Assembly (NCBI GenBank): GCA_963786105.1
Contig: CAWAXX010000013.1
Location: forward strand, 64,001 to 128,000
From: Vulcanimicrobiota bacterium
GTDB lineage: Bacteria; Vulcanimicrobiota; Vulcanimicrobiia; Vulcanimicrobiales; Vulcanimicrobiaceae
Reading direction: 5' to 3'
DNA length: 64,000 nt
The translations under genes and the position numbers were made by a program. Shown here piece after piece: positions 59,047 through 64,000 of this stretch. Each line of letters starts with the position of its first letter. The stretch's first letter is position 1. The notes beneath the pieces are model-generated. The model made no database searches. It was not told where the DNA came from and saw only the letters and a program-made list of their open reading frames with translations.

Positions 59047-61769
59047 AGGCGAATCCGGAGCGGGAGCGTTTGCTCGAAATAGGAGCGCACGCCGACGCCC
59101 CCTGGCGCCGGTTCGGGCCTTACCTTAGCGAGCGCCAATGGGGAACGGTGCGCGAGGACTACAGCCGTGACGGCACCGCGTGGGAATACTTCCCGCACGA
59201 TCACGCGCGCTCGCGCACGTATCGCTGGGGCGAAGACGGCATCGCAGGCATCTCCGACATTCACCAGCACCTATGCTTCGCCTTAGCGCTCTGGAACGGT
59301 GAAGATCCCATTCTCAAGGAGCGCCTTTTCGGCCTTACGAGCAACGAGGGCAACCACGGCGAGGACGTTAAGGAATACTACTTCTACCTCGACAACGTGC
59401 CGTCGCACGCGTACATGAAGATGCTGTACAAGTATCCGCATCGCGCGTTCCCCTATGCAAATCTCGTCGAAGAGAACCGTCGCCGCTCGCGCGCTGATCC
59501 GGAATACGAGCTGCTCGATACCGGCATCTTCGACGATGACGAATATTTCGACGTGACCGTTGAGTACGCCAAGCGCGAACCCGAAGATGTGTTCATTCGG
59601 ATTAGTGCGACCAATCGCGCGGCGACGCCGCACGCCTTGAACGTGCTGCCGACGCTATGGTTTCGCAACGACTGGGCGTGGAAGCCGGGCATCGAGCACC
59701 CCGAGCTCAAGCTTGAGGAGCACCTGGAATGGGGAAGTGCGATCGACGTTCGCCACCCCAAAATCGGGAACTTCAAGTTCTACACGCAAGCGCAAGACGA
59801 GCTGCTGTTTACCGAAAACGAGACCAACAACGAGCGCCTTTACGGTTCGCCCAATCCCGGCCCCTGGGTAAAGGACGGTATCAACGACTACGTCGTCGGG
59901 GGCAAGGCCGACGCCGTGAACCGGGCCGATTTTGGAACCAAGGTTGCGTCGCGCCACACCTTCACGCTGGAGCCTGGCGAGACGCGTGTCGTGCGGCTGC
60001 GGTTGTGCCGGGAACCGTACGCCCAGCCGTTTGCTTCCGGCTTCGACGGGCTTTTCGACCGACGTCGCAGCGAGGCCGACGCTTTCTACCTCGCCGTCAA
60101 CCCACATCCGGTCGGCGACGAGCTGCGCGCGATACAACGTCAAGCGTTTGCCGGAATGCTGTGGACGAAACAGTTCTATCAGTTCGTCGTGGCCGATTGG
60201 CTCAACGGCGATCCGTTGAAAGCCCCGCCGCCGCCGGAGCGCCTGCGCGGGCGCAATCGCGATTGGCCGCACGTATACGCGGTGGACGTGATTTCGATGC
60301 CCGACAAGTGGGAGTATCCGTGGTTCGCCGCCTGGGACCTCGCTTTTCACGTGGTCGCGCTCGCGATGATCGACCCCGAGTTCGCCAAGCATCAGCTCGT
60401 GCTGTTAACGCGCGAATGGTACATGCATCCCAACGGACAGCTCCCCGCCTACGAATGGAACTTCAGCGACGTCAATCCACCGGTCCACGCGTGGGCTGCC
60501 ATGCGCGTCTATCAAATCGAGAAGAAGATGTACGGAGGTCACGGCGACCGGGCGTTTCTCGAACGCGTCTTTCAAAAATTGCTGCTGAACTTCACGTGGT
60601 GGGTCAATCGTAAGGACGTCGAGGGCAACAACGTCTTTCAGGGAGGCTTCCTCGGCCTCGACAACATCGGCATTTTCGACCGGTCGGCGCGACTGCCGAC
60701 GGGCGGTCACATCAATCAATCCGATGGTACCAGCTGGATGGCGGTGTATACGCTCAACCTGCTGGCGATCTCGCTCGAGCTGGCGCAGCACAATCACGTG
60801 TACGAGGACATCGCGTCCAAGTTCTTCGAGCATTTTCTCTATATCGCGCACGCACTGAATAATCTCGCCGGCGACGAAGGACTCTGGGACGAGGAGGACG
60901 GCTTTTATTTCGACGTCCTCAAGCTCGACGACGGTACCGCCATTCCGCTCAAAATCCACTCGTTAGTAGGGCTGCTGCCGCTGCTGGCGATTGCCGTCGG
61001 CGAGCGGGGCATGGGTATGCGCATTCCCGGCTTTCGCGAGCGCGTGATTTGGTTCGTGGAAAACTCACCGCAGCTATGCTCGAACGTTGCGGCCATCGAT
61101 CGAGAGGGTTACGACGGCCGGCTGCTGCTGGCGGTCGTCGGACAAGACCAACTCGAACGCATTCTTGCGCGCGCTCTCGACGAGGCGCGCTTCTTGAGCC
61201 CGTACGGAATTCGCTCGGTGTCGAAATACCATCGCGACAATCCGTACTCGCTGGAAATCGACGGCGCCACGTATCGGGTCGACTACGAGCCGGCCGAATC
61301 GACCACGGGGACGTTTGGAGGAAACTCGAACTGGCGCGGACCAGTATGGTTTCCGATCAATTTCTTGCTGGTCGAAGCCTTGCAGAAGTTTCACTATCAC
61401 ACCGGCGATGACTTCAAAGTCGAGTGCCCGACCGGCTCGGGAAAGATGCTCACGCTGTGGGAGGTCTCGATGGAACTGTCGCATCGTCTTATAAGCCTGT
61501 TCGTTGCCGATTCGAACGGAAGGCGTCCGGTTTACGGCACCAGCGAGAAGTTTCAGTCCGATCCGCATTGGCGCGACTACATCTCGTTCTTTGAGTACTT
61601 CGACGGGGACACCGGCGCGGGCTTGGGTGCCAGCCACCAAACCGGCTGGACCGGCCTGGTGGCCAAGCTGATCCAGCAGCACGGAGAATACTGCGACGCG
61701 GGCGAGCATCCGTTCGCTCCCGGCCGGCAGAAAGTTACCGAGTCGCAGCGGGGCGATGACGCGCAATGA
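59043..61769 (+). CDS. MGH1-like glycoside hydrolase family 63
   Basis: [58 protein letters not shown] start overlapping upstream stop. Confidence 0.92.
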   Translation: MKANPERERLLEIGAHADAPWRRFGPYLSERQWGTVREDYSRDGTAWEYFPHDHARSRTYRWGEDGIAGISDIHQHLCFALALWNGEDPILKERLFGLTSNEGNHGEDVKEYYFYLDNVPSHAYMKMLYKYPHRAFPYANLVEENRRRSRADPEYELLDTGIFDDDEYFDVTVEYAKREPEDVFIRISATNRAATPHALNVLPTLWFRNDWAWKPGIEHPELKLEEHLEWGSAIDVRHPKIGNFKFYTQAQDELLFTENETNNERLYGSPNPGPWVKDGINDYVVGGKADAVNRADFGTKVASRHTFTLEPGETRVVRLRLCREPYAQPFASGFDGLFDRRRSEADAFYLAVNPHPVGDELRAIQRQAFAGMLWTKQFYQFVVADWLNGDPLKAPPPPERLRGRNRDWPHVYAVDVISMPDKWEYPWFAAWDLAFHVVALAMIDPEFAKHQLVLLTREWYMHPNGQLPAYEWNFSDVNPPVHAWAAMRVYQIEKKMYGGHGDRAFLERVFQKLLLNFTWWVNRKDVEGNNVFQGGFLGLDNIGIFDRSARLPTGGHINQSDGTSWMAVYTLNLLAISLELAQHNHVYEDIASKFFEHFLYIAHALNNLAGDEGLWDEEDGFYFDVLKLDDGTAIPLKIHSLVGLLPLLAIAVGERGMGMRIPGFRERVIWFVENSPQLCSNVAAIDREGYDGRLLLAVVGQDQLERILARALDEARFLSPYGIRSVSKYHRDNPYSLEIDGATYRVDYEPAESTTGTFGGNSNWRGPVWFPINFLLVEALQKFHYHTGDDFKVECPTGSGKMLTLWEVSMELSHRLISLFVADSNGRRPVYGTSEKFQSDPHWRDYISFFEYFDGDTGAGLGASHQTGWTGLVAKLIQQHGEYCDAGEHPFAPGRQKVTESQRGDDAQ

Positions 61770-62512
61770 ACGTTTTGAGCGTCGACGTCGGTGGCACGAA
61801 CGTGAAAATCCTGGCCACCGGTCAGACGGAGCGGCGCGAGTTTGCCTCCGGTCGCAGCCTTACGGCGCAACAAATGGTCGACGGCGTGAAAAAGCTCGCC
61901 GGTGACTGGAGCTATGATGCGGTGTCGATCGGATTCCCGGGGCCGGTGCTCCATGGCATGCCCGTCGCCGAACCGCACAATCTCGGTAAGGGTTGGGTCG
62001 GCTTCGATTTCGCGGCGGCTTTTGGGCGCCCGGTAAAGTTGGTCAACGACGCGGCAATGCAGGCTCTTGGCAGTTATCGCGGCGGCAAGATGCTGTTCTT
62101 GGGGCTGGGGACCGGGCTGGGCACCACGTTCATTGACGACGGCGTCGTGGAACCGATGGAGCTCGCCCATCTTCCATATAAAAAGGCGACGTACGAGGAT
62201 TATGTGGGAGCGCGCGCGCTCAAACATATGGGCAAGCGAAAATGGCGGAAAAGCGTCGCCGAGGTGGTTGCGGTGCTGTTCGCGGCCTTCGAGCCCGACG
62301 AGGTCGTCATCGGCGGCGGTAACGTAAAAAAGCTCGGCGATCTCCCTCAGCACGCGCGAGCCGGCGACAACGCCGACGCATTTGCTGGCGGATTCCGCCT
62401 TTGGCAGGAGTCGACTTGTCATGCTGAGCGGACCGCTTGTCATCCTGAGCGGAGCGCCGCAGGCGCGCAGTCGAAGGACGGGCACATCGTTCGCTATTCA
62501 GGCGTTTCCTAG
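61766..62512 (+). CDS. ROK family kinase (polyphosphate glucokinase-like)
   Basis: [36 protein letters not shown]. Confidence 0.88.
   Translation: MNVLSVDVGGTNVKILATGQTERREFASGRSLTAQQMVDGVKKLAGDWSYDAVSIGFPGPVLHGMPVAEPHNLGKGWVGFDFAAAFGRPVKLVNDAAMQALGSYRGGKMLFLGLGTGLGTTFIDDGVVEPMELAHLPYKKATYEDYVGARALKHMGKRKWRKSVAEVVAVLFAAFEPDEVVIGGGNVKKLGDLPQHARAGDNADAFAGGFRLWQESTCHAERTACHPERSAAGAQSKDGHIVRYSGVS
62414..62480 (+). repeat. REP-like element, copy 2, preceded by a partial copy
   Basis: ACTTGTCATGCTGAGCGGA then full CTTGTCATCCTGAGCGGAGCGCCGCAGGCGCGCAGTCGAAGGACG. Confidence 0.85.
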
Positions 62513-62547
62513 GACTCTGTCGTGAAGGACGAAAGGACGCCGCATAT

Positions 62548-64000
62548 ATGACGACCGTACCCGGCGCGAGCGCCCAAACGCCGGCATGGGCCGCGCTCGC
62601 CAAAAATTACGAAGCGATCCGCGACGTGCACTTGCGAGACCTCTTCGCGCAAGACCCGTCGCGCGGCGAACGCATGACGCTCGAGGCCGCCGGCATCTAT
62701 CTCGATTTCTCGAAAAACCGGATCACCGACGAAACGCTACGGCTGCTCGTGCGGCTCGCGGAGGAGGCGGGGCTGCGCGAACGGATCGACGCGATGTTTC
62801 GCGGAGACAAGATCAACGTGTCCGAGCGCCGCGCCGTGCTGCACGTCGCGCTGCGGGCTCCAAAAAGCGAATCGATCGTTTTAGACGGGCAGGACGTTGT
62901 GCCGGGCGTTCACGCAGTTCTCGATAAGATGGCCGGCTTCTCGACGAGCGTGCGCGGCGGAACCTGGCGAGGCCATACCGGCAAGCGTATCCGCAATGTC
63001 GTCAACGTTGGGATCGGCGGCTCGGATCTCGGACCGGTCATGGCCTACGAGGCGCTCAAACACTACAGCGACCGCAGCATGACGTTCCGTTTCGTGTCGA
63101 ACGTCGACGGCACCGATTTCGCCGAGGCCGTCCGCGATCTCGACCCTGCCGAGACGCTGTTCGTCATCTCGTCGAAGACCTTCACGACGCTGGAGACCAT
63201 GACCAACGCGCACACCGCGCGCGCTTGGGCGCTGGCCGGTGTCGGCGGCGACGAAGCCGCCGTCGCCAAACACTTCGTCGCCGTCTCGACCAACGCTGCG
63301 GAGGTTTCGAAGTTCGGCATCGACACTGCCAACATGTTCGAGTTCTGGGATTGGGTCGGCGGCCGGTATTCGATGGATTCGGCGATCGGTCTTTCGACGA
63401 TGCTCTCCATCGGTCCGCAGAATTTCCGGGCGATGCTCGCCGGATTTCACGAAATGGACGAACACTTTCGCACGGCGCCGTTCGAGAAGAATCTCCCCGT
63501 GCTCATGGGTCTGTTGTCGATTTGGTATAACGACTTTTTCGGCGCGCAGACGGTGGCCGTACTTCCCTACGAACAATACCTCAAGCGGTTTCCGGCGTAT
63601 TTGCAGCAACTCACCATGGAGAGTAACGGCAAGCACGTGACGCTCGACGGCGCGCCGGTCGATCATCTGACCGGACCGGTCTATTGGGGCGAACCCGGCA
63701 CCAACGGACAACATTCGTTCTATCAGCTCATCCATCAGGGCACGCGTCTGATTCCGTGCGACCTCATCGGCTTCGGCAAGTCGCTCAATCCGTTGGGAGC
63801 GCATCACGATATCTTGTTGTCGAACGTTTTTGCGCAGGGCGAAGCGCTGGCGTTCGGCAAAACGGCGGCCCAAGTAAAGGCCGAGGGATCGCCGGATTGG
63901 TTGGTGCCGCACCGCGTGTTCGAAGGCAATCGGCCGACCAATACGCTGCTGCTCGAGAAACTCGATCCCGCTTCACTCGGAAAACTCGTCGCGCTCTACG
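62548..64000 (+). CDS. pgi: Glucose-6-phosphate isomerase, 3' truncated by window edge
   Basis: [63 protein letters not shown]. Confidence 0.97.
   Translation, partial: MTTVPGASAQTPAWAALAKNYEAIRDVHLRDLFAQDPSRGERMTLEAAGIYLDFSKNRITDETLRLLVRLAEEAGLRERIDAMFRGDKINVSERRAVLHVALRAPKSESIVLDGQDVVPGVHAVLDKMAGFSTSVRGGTWRGHTGKRIRNVVNVGIGGSDLGPVMAYEALKHYSDRSMTFRFVSNVDGTDFAEAVRDLDPAETLFVISSKTFTTLETMTNAHTARAWALAGVGGDEAAVAKHFVAVSTNAAEVSKFGIDTANMFEFWDWVGGRYSMDSAIGLSTMLSIGPQNFRAMLAGFHEMDEHFRTAPFEKNLPVLMGLLSIWYNDFFGAQTVAVLPYEQYLKRFPAYLQQLTMESNGKHVTLDGAPVDHLTGPVYWGEPGTNGQHSFYQLIHQGTRLIPCDLIGFGKSLNPLGAHHDILLSNVFAQGEALAFGKTAAQVKAEGSPDWLVPHRVFEGNRPTNTLLLEKLDPASLGKLVALY

Overview
High-GC bacterial chromosomal window. 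The gene repertoire (carboxypeptidase-regulatory-domain TonB receptors, many secreted beta-propeller and phosphoesterase proteins, XRE-HTH/NB-ARC/TPR regulator, ymdB-spoVS, heptose epimerase) suggests a diderm Terrabacterium such as Ca. Eremiobacterota; this is inference only. 1-27.2 kb looks like core genome: TPR protein, HDAC-family enzyme, three TonB-dependent receptors, an rpoE-rseA-rseB-like operon, a SCO/MauE/TlpA redox-copper cluster, hldD, ymdB-spoVS-PHP-dacB, ahcY-metK and tRNA-Asn. About 27.2-57 kb looks accessory: secreted proteins, regulators, several gene relics, an isolated tRNA 3'-end scar and a SoxR-controlled SDR/QueA-like operon. The window ends with CHAD, GH63, ROK and a partial pgi. 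Best candidate for an undescribed system: a His/Met-containing membrane leader protein (17606-18157, minus) ending in RPPP. Its proline codons form the anti-SD arm of a long hairpin that sequesters the ribosome-binding site of the downstream TonB-dependent receptor, suggesting an arrest-peptide translational switch for metal uptake. No CRISPR array, rRNA or intact transposase/integrase was seen. All calls are from reading the sequence; no searches were run.
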